Under the pieces are notes generated by a model. The model made no database searches, was not told the origin of the DNA, and saw only the letters and a program-made list of their open reading frames with translations. DNA of 64,000 nt from Opitutia bacterium (GTDB taxonomy: Bacteria > Verrucomicrobiota > Verrucomicrobiia > Opitutales > Opitutaceae). The number at the start of each line of letters is the position of its first letter. The first letter of the stretch is position 1. The stretch lies in assembly GCA_947478395.1 (NCBI GenBank), contig CANJVR010000001.1, positions 384,001 through 448,000 of the forward strand, given 5' to 3'. The position numbers were made by a program, and so were the translations under genes. Of this stretch, positions 35,088-44,608 are shown in pieces.

Positions 35088-36776
35088 ATGGCCCGACCCG
35101 AAGAAGCCCCGAAGATCATTTTCTCCATGCTCGGCGTCTCGAAGAAAATCGAGCGCAAGGAAATCCTCCGCGACATCTCGCTGTCATTTTACTACGGCGC
35201 CAAGATCGGCGTCCTCGGGTTCAATGGCTCCGGCAAATCCTCGCTGCTCCGCATCCTCGCCGGCCGAGACACCGAGATCGACGGCCGCCTGCACTTCGAG
35301 CCGGGCTACTCCATCGGCTTCCTCGAACAGGAACCGCACCTCACCGCCGGCGCCACCGTGCGCGCCTGCATCGAGGAAGGCGTGAAACATCTCACCGATC
35401 TCACCGCCGCTTACGACGCCACCTGGGACGAACTCAGCGCGGCCGAAACCGACGCGCAAAAAGACGTCATCGCCACGAAGCAGGGCGAATTGCAGGAAAA
35501 AATCGACGCCCTCGGCGCCTGGGATGTCACCCCGCAAGTCGAGATGGCGATGGACGCGCTGCGTTGTCCACCAGGCGAACAGATCGTCGATAACCTCTCC
35601 GGTGGCGAACGCCGGCGCGTGGCGCTCGCGCGGCTTTTGCTGAAGAAGCCCGCCATTCTGTTACTCGACGAACCCACCAACCATCTCGACGCCGAGAGCG
35701 TACACTGGCTCGAACAGCATCTCGCGCGCTACGAGGGCACCGTCATCGCCGTGACGCACGACCGTTATTTCTTGGATAACGTTGCGCAGTGGATTCTGGA
35801 GTTGAGCCACGGTCACGGGATTCCGTGGAAGGGGAACTACTCCTCGTGGCTCGAGCAGAAACAGGCGCGCTTGGGCGTCGAGCAGCGCACCGAGGACAAG
35901 CGACAAAAAGCGATGGCGCGCGAACTCGCATGGATTCGACAGTCGGCGAAAGCGCGCGTCGCGAAATCGCAGGCTCGCATCAGCGCCTACGAGTCGATGG
36001 TGAAGGAAAACAATCCCGAGAAGGAAAAGGAATTCGAGCTGCTCATCCCGCCCGGGCCTCGGCTCGGCTCGCTCGTCGTCGAGGCAAAAGATCTCGGGAA
36101 AAGTTACGGCGACCGCGTGCTTTTCGAGGGCGTGAATTTCTCGCTGCCCCCGGGCGGTATCGTCGGCGTGATCGGGCCCAACGGCGCGGGCAAGACGACG
36201 ATGTTTCGGTTGATCACGAACGCAGAAAACGCCGATACCGGTGAGCTACGCGTCGGTCCAACGGTAAAAATCGCCCACGTCGACCAGTCGCGCGACTCGC
36301 TGCCGGATGCGCAGACGATTTTCCAAGCGATCAGCGACGGCGAAGAAATCCTCAAGCTGGGTAATCGCGAAATCAACGCCCGCGCCTACTGCGCACAGTT
36401 CGGATTCACCGGCGCGGACCAGCAGAAAAAAGTCGGCGTGCTTTCCGGCGGCGAACGCAACCGCGTGCATCTGGCCCGATTGCTCAAAAGCGGCGCGAAC
36501 CTGATTCTCCTCGACGAACCGACCAACGATCTCGACGTGAACTCAATCCGCTCGCTGGAGGAAGGGCTGGAGAATTTCGCGGGCTGCGCGGTCGTCGTCT
36601 CCCATGATCGCTGGTTTCTCGATCGCGTGGCGACGCACATCCTCGCTTTCGAAGGCGACAGCCAGGTGCACTGGTTCAATGGCAACTACTCGAGCTACCT
36701 CGAAGACTTCCGGCGCCGCAAAGGCAAGGAAGCGGACCAGCCGCATCGAATCAAATACCGGAAACTCACACGATAG
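35088..36776 (+). CDS. ettA: Energy-dependent translational throttle ABC-F ATPase
   Basis: DISLSFYYGAKIGVLG, two Walker A/LSGGE/DEPTN sets, PHRIKYRKL C-terminus. Confidence 0.95.
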   Translation: MARPEEAPKIIFSMLGVSKKIERKEILRDISLSFYYGAKIGVLGFNGSGKSSLLRILAGRDTEIDGRLHFEPGYSIGFLEQEPHLTAGATVRACIEEGVKHLTDLTAAYDATWDELSAAETDAQKDVIATKQGELQEKIDALGAWDVTPQVEMAMDALRCPPGEQIVDNLSGGERRRVALARLLLKKPAILLLDEPTNHLDAESVHWLEQHLARYEGTVIAVTHDRYFLDNVAQWILELSHGHGIPWKGNYSSWLEQKQARLGVEQRTEDKRQKAMARELAWIRQSAKARVAKSQARISAYESMVKENNPEKEKEFELLIPPGPRLGSLVVEAKDLGKSYGDRVLFEGVNFSLPPGGIVGVIGPNGAGKTTMFRLITNAENADTGELRVGPTVKIAHVDQSRDSLPDAQTIFQAISDGEEILKLGNREINARAYCAQFGFTGADQQKKVGVLSGGERNRVHLARLLKSGANLILLDEPTNDLDVNSIRSLEEGLENFAGCAVVVSHDRWFLDRVATHILAFEGDSQVHWFNGNYSSYLEDFRRRKGKEADQPHRIKYRKLTR

Positions 36777-36943
36777 CACGGCGCGCGTCCAAAACCTAAA
36801 ATAGCGCGAGACTTCAGCCCGCGTTCCGGTTTTCTTTTCGCGCGCGAGTACGCCCTAAACACCCCGCCCTGAGAGGTGCGTAGCGTCGCCCAGTGGTATT
36901 TGATTCCCTGGAATACGTTCGTAACTCTTACCTTTCACCACCC

Positions 36944-37540
36944 ATGATCCGTTTCATCCTTCCACTCTGCCTGTTCGCGCTTCTCCCCTCTTCCATGACC
37001 CAAGCCGCTGAAACAAAAACCGAATCCATCGTCCTCGGTGGCGGGTGCTTCTGGTGCACCGAGGCCGCCTATAAACTGCTGCCCGGCGTCAAAGGCGCGA
37101 CCTGCGGTTACGCCGGCGGCGACGAGCCGAATCCGACCTACGAGCAGGTCTGCGCGCACGCAACCGGTCATGCCGAGGTCGTAAAAATCGACTACGATCC
37201 ATCGGTCGTGACGCTGGACCGCTTGCTAGAATATTTCTGGCAGGTCCACAACCCGACGCAGGTCGGCGGCCAAGGCAATGACCACGGCCCGCAGTATCGC
37301 TCGATTATCCTGCCCGCAAACGCCGCGCAAAAAGCCGCCGCCGAGAAATCGAAAGCGGAAGCCGGTAAAATTTTCCGCGACAAGCTCACGACCGAGATCG
37401 TCGCGTTAACAAAATTCTGGCCGGCCGAGAGCTATCACCAGGATTACTTCACGAAAAATCCAAACGCCGGCTACTGTTCCTTCGTGATCGCGCCGAAAAT
37501 CAAGAAGCTTCAGCACGCGCTGGAAGACGCGAAGAAATGA
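36944..37540 (+). CDS. msrA: Peptide-methionine (S)-S-oxide reductase, with signal peptide
   Basis: GGGCFWC, GHAEVV, AESYHQDY. Confidence 0.95.
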   Translation: MIRFILPLCLFALLPSSMTQAAETKTESIVLGGGCFWCTEAAYKLLPGVKGATCGYAGGDEPNPTYEQVCAHATGHAEVVKIDYDPSVVTLDRLLEYFWQVHNPTQVGGQGNDHGPQYRSIILPANAAQKAAAEKSKAEAGKIFRDKLTTEIVALTKFWPAESYHQDYFTKNPNAGYCSFVIAPKIKKLQHALEDAKK

Positions 37541-37920
37541 GCGCCTCAAAAATGTTGGCGCGGCGCCCCTACCCGCAGCGAGCGAATCGTTCTGTTCGTC
37601 GGAAGAGCCCGCGTGTTTTTCATGTCGACGGAAAAACCCCTGCGGCGAAGCGTTAATTCATTTAATTGAAACTGCTTAAGTCAGCCATCCGGAACCTCAA
37701 AAAGAGTGAATTTGGCCGCCAGCTTCTGACCCGCGAAAATCATGGCACCCAACAGGGCATGTCGTGATTTTCGTCGGAAAGCGGCTTGAATGACAAATCC
37801 CAGCGAGAATTCATCGATTCCGGACCAATATTCAGGCGGAATTGGAAAAGGCGAAAATCGGTGCGATTTGGGCTTTACGGGCTTTGACGCGCACCGATTT
37901 CCTACTAAACCTCACTTTCC

Positions 37921-38382
37921 ATGAAGCCCCTCAAGGTTCCATCCCTGGAGCTTTTTCTCCACGAAATGATCCCACTTGCGAAGGCAATGGGCGTCGGCGT
38001 GGAGGTCAGCGACGAGCGGGCTTTGACGCTCACGGCGCCCAAGGAGCAGAATAAAAATTCCCTCAACACCGCATTCGGCGGCAGTCTCGTGTCCCTCGCC
38101 ACGCTCGCTGGGTATGGCGTCGTTTGGGAGCTGATGAAGAACGAAAAGGGGGCCGAAAAACCCGAATGGAGCATCGTTGTTAAAGAAAGCCGCGCCGCGT
38201 ACCGGCGACCGGTGATCGGCGACCTCCGCGCGATTTGCGAACGTCCGGCGCAGGCTGCCATCGCCGAGTTCAAGGAAGCGCTCGGCCGCTACGGCAAGGC
38301 GAAGCTCAAACTTCGTGCCCGCGTGATCGAAAAAGGCGAAACCGCCGTCGATGTGACCGCGGCATTTGTCGTCACCCGGTAG
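37921..38382 (+). CDS. YiiD C-terminal-like thioesterase (hotdog fold)
   Basis: IPLAKAMG...AP...NKNSLNTAFGGSL. Confidence 0.85.
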   Translation: MKPLKVPSLELFLHEMIPLAKAMGVGVEVSDERALTLTAPKEQNKNSLNTAFGGSLVSLATLAGYGVVWELMKNEKGAEKPEWSIVVKESRAAYRRPVIGDLRAICERPAQAAIAEFKEALGRYGKAKLKLRARVIEKGETAVDVTAAFVVTR

Positions 38383-38469
38383 TGTCCTCCGCGTGAAAGC
38401 CGTCGTTTACGGCTTCACGTTCATACTGGTGGCTCTCCTCACCCGAGCTCAGATCGCGGCGGCACTGAG

Positions 38470-38559
38470 GTAGGGCGGGTTATCCTCAAACCGCCGGTGC
38501 GACCCGGCTCACACAAGCGATCGAAATCAAGGGGGCGCGCCCGGGAGAACGCGCCCTAA
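38470..38559. repeat. REP-like doublet, family B
   Basis: GTAGGGCGGGTTATCCTCAAACCGCC ... GGCGCGCCCGGGAGAACGCGCCCTAA; same family as 60432-60520. Confidence 0.65.
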
Positions 38560-38576
38560 CCGACTTGCGGCGTCCC

Positions 38577-38948
38577 TCAGATGTGCTTCGAGTCCGTCTC
38601 GTCTTTTTTCACGTAGCCGCTCTCCTGCCGTTGGTGATTGACCGCGTTTTTCTTGAGGTAGGCTTGGTAAACGTCTTCCGCCGTCATGCCCAGAGTCTGA
38701 GCGAGCGACACGAGAAAATGAAACAGGTCCACGACTTCGACTTTGGCGTTTTGCTCATCGAATTTCTGGTACTTCGCCCACCACTTCCAAGGCACGCTGT
38801 CGATCAGCTCCGCCGTTTCCTGCTGCATCGCCCGGGTATAGTTGAGAATCCACTTGGCCTTTTCTTCGTCGGTGGGCGGCGGCAAGCTGACCCCGATGCG
38901 CTGGTTGAGCGCGTCCTGCATGCGGAAAATCTCCTCGAGTTTGTCCAT
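38577..38948 (-). CDS. Dimeric all-alpha dUTPase / MazG-like NTP pyrophosphatase
   Basis: ETAELIDSVPWKWW, VEVVDLFHF, YLKKNAVNHQRQESGY. Confidence 0.88.
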   Translation of the reverse strand: MDKLEEIFRMQDALNQRIGVSLPPPTDEEKAKWILNYTRAMQQETAELIDSVPWKWWAKYQKFDEQNAKVEVVDLFHFLVSLAQTLGMTAEDVYQAYLKKNAVNHQRQESGYVKKDETDSKHI

Positions 38949-39163
38949 GCTTGCGACCTTGCAAACGCGTTTCGCGAGAGGCAAGCCCGCCTTGCGCAAT
39001 CGAGGAGGATTACGCGGCGCGACTGGAATTAGCAGTTGCTCCAGCGAAAGTTTCGTTTGACTTTGAATCTTTAACGTCCGCGTCGAGCGCTTCCCGCGTT
39101 CCGCAGGCGTCATTCCAACCCGTCGCTCCCGTTTTCGGTGAGCGCGATAACACACACCACACC

Positions 39164-40279
39164 ATGACAGATCCAGATACGTCCGGCGCTCCCGCCGCGA
39201 CTGACGCCGCGCCCAGTGCCGGCAACACCACCCAGCCGTTCGGGTCGTTCGGCTCCACCCGCGGCTCCGGCCTCGCGCGTGGCAAACGCCCCAGCATGCC
39301 CACCGCCACCTCCGCCGCGGCTCCCGTCGCCGGCGACTACAAACCCAGCTCCCTCGAGGTCATCACCTCAAAGAGCGAATACAAGAATCCGTTCGCGCGC
39401 GAAGAACCGGCCAGCGCGGTCGTGACGCCACCAGCAACCGTCGAAGCCAGCGCACCCGCGCCCGCCGCATTCGTTCCGACCCCTCCGGCGCCCGCGCCCG
39501 CGCCGATCAGCGCGAAGCCAGTCCCGGTAACGCCGTCCGTTGCTCCTGCGAGGGAAAAAGCCGAGCTGAACATCCTGCCTCCGGCCGAGCCCAAACGTCC
39601 GGCTACGAGCTGGGAAAACAACTCCGCTGATCAGCGTTCGGCACGCAGCGAAGAACGTCCGACTTTTCGCCCAGCCCCCCGCGAGGCTCGGCCCAGCGAA
39701 CCGTTTCAAGCCCGCGAACCGGCCGCCGACAGCCGTTTCAACGCCCGCGAACCGCGCCGTGATGAAGGTCAACGTTCCGCGCAGCCACGGCGCGACGATC
39801 AATTCCGCCGCGAGCCCCGCGGCGACTCCCCGCGCGAAAATCGCGCGTCCGCACCCGCTCCCGCCCAACCCGCCAAGTCCGGCGGCTTTTTCGGTTGGCT
39901 GAAAGGCCTCTTCGGCGGCAAATCCGCGACTCCCGTCGCGGCCCCGTCAGGCCATTCGTCCCGCGACGGCGATCAGGGCCGCGAGGGTTACGAAGGCGGC
40001 CGGCGCCGCAATCGTCGCGGTGGACGCGGCCGGAATAGCGGCGGCGGCCATCAAGGCGGCGGTGAACGCCAAGGCGGTTACACGCCGCGGCCCGAGGGCG
40101 AAGGCCACGGACATTCCCACGGCGAGCACCGAGGCGAGCAGCGTCATGATGGCCAGGGCGAATCTCGCGGCCGCCGCCAGCGCGGCGGGCGTGGACGCGA
40201 CCGTGGCGGAGATCGCGGTGGCGACCGAGGCGGCTATAATCCCCGTCCCGAAGGCCAGCAAGGCGGCGGCGCGATTTAA
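39164..40279 (+). CDS. Disordered Pro/Ala- and Arg/Gly-rich protein with an amphipathic helix (RNase E C-terminal-like)
   Basis: ATG 39164; GGFFGWLKGLFGG followed by RRRNRRGGRGR and RGG repeats; terminator downstream. Confidence 0.8.
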   Translation: MTDPDTSGAPAATDAAPSAGNTTQPFGSFGSTRGSGLARGKRPSMPTATSAAAPVAGDYKPSSLEVITSKSEYKNPFAREEPASAVVTPPATVEASAPAPAAFVPTPPAPAPAPISAKPVPVTPSVAPAREKAELNILPPAEPKRPATSWENNSADQRSARSEERPTFRPAPREARPSEPFQAREPAADSRFNAREPRRDEGQRSAQPRRDDQFRREPRGDSPRENRASAPAPAQPAKSGGFFGWLKGLFGGKSATPVAAPSGHSSRDGDQGREGYEGGRRRNRRGGRGRNSGGGHQGGGERQGGYTPRPEGEGHGHSHGEHRGEQRHDGQGESRGRRQRGGRGRDRGGDRGGDRGGYNPRPEGQQGGGAI

Positions 40280-40331
40280 TCGCAGCCCCCGTTAAAACTT
40301 GCCAACGCGCACCTCGGTGCGCGCATTCCCT

Positions 40332-40360
40332 AGGCGTCCGTTTCCGCGGACGCCTTTTTT
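40332..40360 (+). terminator. Intrinsic terminator
   Basis: AGGCGTCCG-loop-CGGACGCCT followed by TTTTT. Confidence 0.8.
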
Positions 40361-40437
40361 GCGCCCCGCGCAAATCCTCCGAAGCTCTAGCGAAGGAGGA
40401 ACGCACCCTCACTTTTTCCCAGCCTCCCGATCCGAAT

Positions 40438-41727
40438 ATGGCCGATCTCATCGTCAACGGCGGTCGCCCGCTCAGCGGCACCATCACGCCGTCCGGCAAC
40501 AAAAATTCCGTCCTGCCGATCTTCTGCGCGACGCTCCTCACCGACGAGCCGGTAACGTTGCAAAACGTCCCCGACATCACTGATCTCGACAAGCTCGTCA
40601 CGTTTTTCCGCGCGCAGGGTTCAAAAATCGACTGGGACCGCGCCTCCGGCGTGATGCGCGTGGACCACTCCGGTTTCCGCAGCGGCCTCGACGGTGACGA
40701 GCTGCCGCAGGACATGCGCTCGACCGTGTTACTGTACCCGGCGCTGCTTCACCGCCTCCGCCAGCTGACGATCCGCGCGAACACCAAGGGCTGTTCCCTC
40801 GGCGTTCGTGAGATTGACCCCCATCTCGAAATCCTCCGCGCGCTCGGCACGGTGATCAACGACGGCGAATCGCTCGTCCTCGCGTTGCCCAGCGGTTTCA
40901 CCGGCGCGCGGCACTGGTGCGACTATATGTCGGTGACGGTCACGGAAAACTTCGCCATGGCGGCCGCGATCGCGCAAGGCCGCTCCACGCTCATCAACGC
41001 CGCGAGCGAACCGCACGTGCAGGATCTCTGCGCGGCGCTCATCGCGATGGGCGCAAAAATCGACGGCCTCGGCACCTCGATGTTGCAGATCACCGGCGTC
41101 AAAAAATTACATGGCGCTACGATCAAAATCGGGACCGATTACCACGAGGTCGTCACGTTCCTCGCGCTCGGAGCCATTACCGGCGGCGAGGTGAGCGTCG
41201 TAAATTCGGTGCCGCATCACTTTGACCTCATCGCGCGTGCCTTTGCGAAACTCGGAGTCACGATTGAACATGAAGGCACCACCGCCATCGTGCGGCGCAA
41301 CCAGTCGCTCAAAATCCAACAACCGTTCACAAGCAACCTCCTCCCCAAGATCGAGGCCGCCCCGTGGCCGTATTTTTCCGTGGATCTTTTGCCGCTGTTG
41401 ATCGCGCTCAGCACCCGCGCCGAAGGGACGATTCATTTCTGGAACAAGGTCTACGAAAATGGTTTTTCGTGGATTCCCGAACTCGCAAAATTCGGCGCGC
41501 ACGCACTCGTAAGCGATCCGCATCGTATCGTGGTTTTTGGCAACCGCCCGCTGCGTCCGGCGATCGTCGATTCGCCCTACGTGATTCGCGCCGCCGTGGC
41601 GCTGACCATGGTCGCGGCCTCGATTCCAGGCCATTCGACCGTGCGCAACGCCGAGATTATTAAACGCGCCCATCCCCGCTTCGTCGAAAACCTCCGCTCG
41701 CTTGGTGCGGAGCTCGAATGGAAATGA
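40438..41727 (+). CDS. murA: UDP-N-acetylglucosamine 1-carboxyvinyltransferase
   Basis: SGNKNS, GCSLGVREIDPH, SVTVTEN, NAASEPHV. Confidence 0.93.
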   Translation: MADLIVNGGRPLSGTITPSGNKNSVLPIFCATLLTDEPVTLQNVPDITDLDKLVTFFRAQGSKIDWDRASGVMRVDHSGFRSGLDGDELPQDMRSTVLLYPALLHRLRQLTIRANTKGCSLGVREIDPHLEILRALGTVINDGESLVLALPSGFTGARHWCDYMSVTVTENFAMAAAIAQGRSTLINAASEPHVQDLCAALIAMGAKIDGLGTSMLQITGVKKLHGATIKIGTDYHEVVTFLALGAITGGEVSVVNSVPHHFDLIARAFAKLGVTIEHEGTTAIVRRNQSLKIQQPFTSNLLPKIEAAPWPYFSVDLLPLLIALSTRAEGTIHFWNKVYENGFSWIPELAKFGAHALVSDPHRIVVFGNRPLRPAIVDSPYVIRAAVALTMVAASIPGHSTVRNAEIIKRAHPRFVENLRSLGAELEWK

Positions 41728-41754
41728 ACCTAAAACGATAAGAAGAGCCGGATG

Positions 41755-41867
41755 ACGCGGAAAGATGCGAAGGCGGCAAAGTTCGGGGCGTGGTAATTAA
41801 TTTTTTGAGCGCCCGGCCCGTCAACGATTTCATCTCAACCCTTTCCTTCCCTAGCGTCTTTGCGCTT
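41755..41867. repeat. Inverted degenerate 9-mer arrays
   Basis: ACGCGGAAA GATGCGAAG GCGGCAAAG (41755-41781) vs CTTTCCTTC CCTAGCGTC TTTGCGCTT (41841-41867). Confidence 0.55.
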
Positions 41868-41896
41868 AATCCGCCCTCGCTCGACCTTGATCCTTC

Positions 41897-42943
41897 ATGC
41901 CTGCTCCTGATTCCGCTCCCAAAGGCCTGGGCTTTATCGCCTCGTCGCTCGCTGCGCCGGTCTCGCCCGCCGAGGCCGCGCTGCGGCCACTTTCATTCGC
42001 GGACTTCACCGGCCAGCCTAAAACCATCGAACGCCTGCAAGTGATGGTCGGCGCCGCGAAACGCCGCGGAGATGCGCTGAACCACATTCTTTTTTCCGGC
42101 CCGCCGGGTCTCGGCAAAACCACGTTGGCGTTCATCCTCGGGGCCGAACTCGGCAAAAGCGTGCGCGTCACGTCCGGCCCGGTCATCGAGAAAGCCGGCG
42201 ACCTCGCCGGCTTGCTCACGAGCCTGGAGGAGGGCGATCTGCTGTTCATCGATGAAATCCACCGTATTCCGAAAACGGTCGAAGAATATCTCTACTCCGC
42301 GATGGAGGATTTCCGCCTCGATATCATGATCGACCAAGGGCCCAACGCCCGCAGCGTCCGCCTGTCGATTCCCCGTTTCACGCTGGTCGGCGCGACGACG
42401 CGCGCGGGTTTGCTGACGGCGCCGCTGCGCTCGCGGTTCACGTTGCAAACGCGCCTCGATTACTACGATCACGCGACGCTGGAAGGAATTGTGCGCCGGA
42501 GCTGCGGCCTGCTAAACGTGAGCATTGACGCCGGCGGCGCCGCGGAAATCGCCACCCGCGCCCGCGGCACTCCGCGTGTCGCCAACAACCTCATCAACTT
42601 CTGCCGCGACTACGCGCAGGAACGCGCCCAGGGCAAGATCACGAAACCCGTCGCCGCCGCGGCGCTCGAGTTGTTAGAAATCGACGCCGCCGGCCTCGAC
42701 GAAATGGACAAACGCATGCTCCGCGTGATGGCGGAAAATTATCGTGGCGGACCCGTCGGCATGAGCACCATCGCCGTGGCGGTCGGCGAGGAAGCTGAGA
42801 CGCTGGAGGAGGTGCACGAGCCTTTCCTCATTCAGGAAGGTTATCTCCAGCGCACGCCGCAGGGCCGCACGTTGACCGCCAAAGGCTACGCCGCAGTCGG
42901 ACTAAAGGCGGCGGTCGGGAGCGATCAAGGCTCCCTGCTTTAA
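41897..42943 (+). CDS. ruvB: Holliday junction branch migration helicase RuvB
   Basis: LRP, GPPGLGKTT, FIDEIHR, RGTPR, RTPQGR. Confidence 0.98.
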   Translation: MPAPDSAPKGLGFIASSLAAPVSPAEAALRPLSFADFTGQPKTIERLQVMVGAAKRRGDALNHILFSGPPGLGKTTLAFILGAELGKSVRVTSGPVIEKAGDLAGLLTSLEEGDLLFIDEIHRIPKTVEEYLYSAMEDFRLDIMIDQGPNARSVRLSIPRFTLVGATTRAGLLTAPLRSRFTLQTRLDYYDHATLEGIVRRSCGLLNVSIDAGGAAEIATRARGTPRVANNLINFCRDYAQERAQGKITKPVAAAALELLEIDAAGLDEMDKRMLRVMAENYRGGPVGMSTIAVAVGEEAETLEEVHEPFLIQEGYLQRTPQGRTLTAKGYAAVGLKAAVGSDQGSLL

Positions 42944-42950
42944 AGCCTCA

Positions 42951-43248
42951 CCGCGTGAGCCGAAGGGGTCTTCCCCGGCAGCCGTGCGCTGCCCCAGGGG
43001 AGAGCAGCACTCGGCGTTTCCGCCGTGATGAGTCCGGAGGTTCCCACCGCGATTCGCGTGGTTTTTCCGGAGCGAGACTTCCGCATAGACGATTTGGACG
43101 CGCCGGGTTGAAGCCGTATGGCTCGGAGCAAGCTGGACGCAGACTGAGAAGGCCAAGCCCCCGTCTAGCTTCAACTTGCAGCCCGCCGCCTGAGCCCCGT
43201 TGCGTTGCGGCGCAGTAGATTCAGCAGGGGGCACCCAGTGCCACGCGG
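42951..43248 (-). ncRNA. Candidate structured non-coding RNA (~298 nt), family unassigned
   Basis: Terminal helix CCGCGUG/CACGCGG enclosing at least six hairpins; mismatches mostly resolve as G-U on the minus strand; GAAA tetraloop. Confidence 0.55.
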
Positions 43249-43326
43249 ACTGATCGCTCGACGCAAAATTTCTTTTGTCGAATGTGATCGGTAAACTGAA
43301 TAAGCCTCGATCGACTAAAATCTTCC

Positions 43327-44544
43327 ATGCCCACCGCCAGCGCCAATCCGTCCGTCCCCGTCACTACGACGCCCCGCGTCGGCGATCTCGAAATCAAGGA
43401 CGCCCAATTGATTTTCGGCTCGGTGTGGGCCGATTTGGAAGCCGACTTCGGCCGCAAAAATCTGCGCTTCCCGAAGGAAATCATCCTCCTCGGCGGCGCA
43501 CCCGGCGCCGGCAAAGGCACCAATACTGACTTCATCGCGAAAGCACGCGGTCTCACTTGCGGGCCGATCGTGATCAGCGCCTTGCTCGATACGCCCGAAG
43601 CCAAGCGACTGAAGGATGGCGGCAACATGGTCGGCGATCGCGAGGTCATCGGCCTGCTGCTGCGCCGGCTATTGAGCCCGGAATATCGCGACGGCGTCAT
43701 CCTCGATGGCTTTCCCCGCACGAAGGTGCAGGTCGAATGTCTCAAGCTGCTCGTGGATCGGATGCATCAGCTGCGACGGGAATTCTACAGTACGCCGCTC
43801 GGCATTCACTTTCGCCAGCCCACCATCCACATCATGGTGCTCTTCGTGGACGAGAAGACGTCCGTCGGCCGCCAGCTCAAACGCGGTCACGAGATCAAGG
43901 CGCACAATGACGAAGTCCGCCGCACTGGCATCGGCGAATTGCAGGAAGAGCGCGCCACGGACTTCGACCAAGCTCTCGCGCAACGGCGCTACCGGGTGTT
44001 CAAGGAGCAGACTTGGGATGCGCTGCAGGAGCTGAAGGAAATCTTCCATTATCACTTCATCAACGCCCAGGGCGCGTTCGATGAAGTGGAGCAAAACATC
44101 CGCCACGAGCTCGACTACCAGAGCACGCTCGAACTAGACCCGAGGACGGTGGACCGCCTGCGTTCGATCCCCGTTGCGAGCGAAATCATCGTGCACGCGC
44201 GGCAGGAGATGGTGAAGCGGCTGGACGCCTATGAACTAGAACACCCAACGCTTTTTGGGGAGGTGGCGACCTTCATCGCCCAGAAAGTAATGCCCATCGT
44301 GCTGCGCCATGCGATTTCCGGCGTCGCGTTGGTCAATACCGAGGAAACGGTGCTCGAAGACCCGTTGGCTCTGGCGATGCTGATCGATATTTTTTCCGAA
44401 CGAGGCTACCACGCCGTCGTTGATATTCATCGCATCGAGGTGCCACGGAAATTCGACCTCCAGACCGGCGCGATCACTTGCCGCACAAAAAAAGTCTATC
44501 GCGTCCAGATCCGCTTTCACGGCTCGGAAATCCGGCGCGGCTAG
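43327..44544 (+). CDS. Adenylate/NMP kinase family protein with C-terminal extension
   Basis: GGAPGAGKGT P-loop, ILDGFPRT; 405 aa. Confidence 0.85.
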   Translation: MPTASANPSVPVTTTPRVGDLEIKDAQLIFGSVWADLEADFGRKNLRFPKEIILLGGAPGAGKGTNTDFIAKARGLTCGPIVISALLDTPEAKRLKDGGNMVGDREVIGLLLRRLLSPEYRDGVILDGFPRTKVQVECLKLLVDRMHQLRREFYSTPLGIHFRQPTIHIMVLFVDEKTSVGRQLKRGHEIKAHNDEVRRTGIGELQEERATDFDQALAQRRYRVFKEQTWDALQELKEIFHYHFINAQGAFDEVEQNIRHELDYQSTLELDPRTVDRLRSIPVASEIIVHARQEMVKRLDAYELEHPTLFGEVATFIAQKVMPIVLRHAISGVALVNTEETVLEDPLALAMLIDIFSERGYHAVVDIHRIEVPRKFDLQTGAITCRTKKVYRVQIRFHGSEIRRG

Positions 44545-44608
44545 GCCCGCCACGGCCGCCCGGTTTTTGTTTTCGGGTTAAGGGCCGAATCGGATTATTC
44601 GTAATTCG

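Noticed and set aside
43010..43080. Hammerhead-like layout on the plus strand (hairpin-GTGATGA-stem-GAGAC)
   Set aside because: The core differs from CUGANGA/GAAA at two invariant positions, stem III cannot form, and the G-U bias favours the minus strand.
43110..43135. AAGCCGTATG resembling the start of group II intron domain V
   Set aside because: No complementary 3' strand or GNRA loop, and no RT gene nearby.
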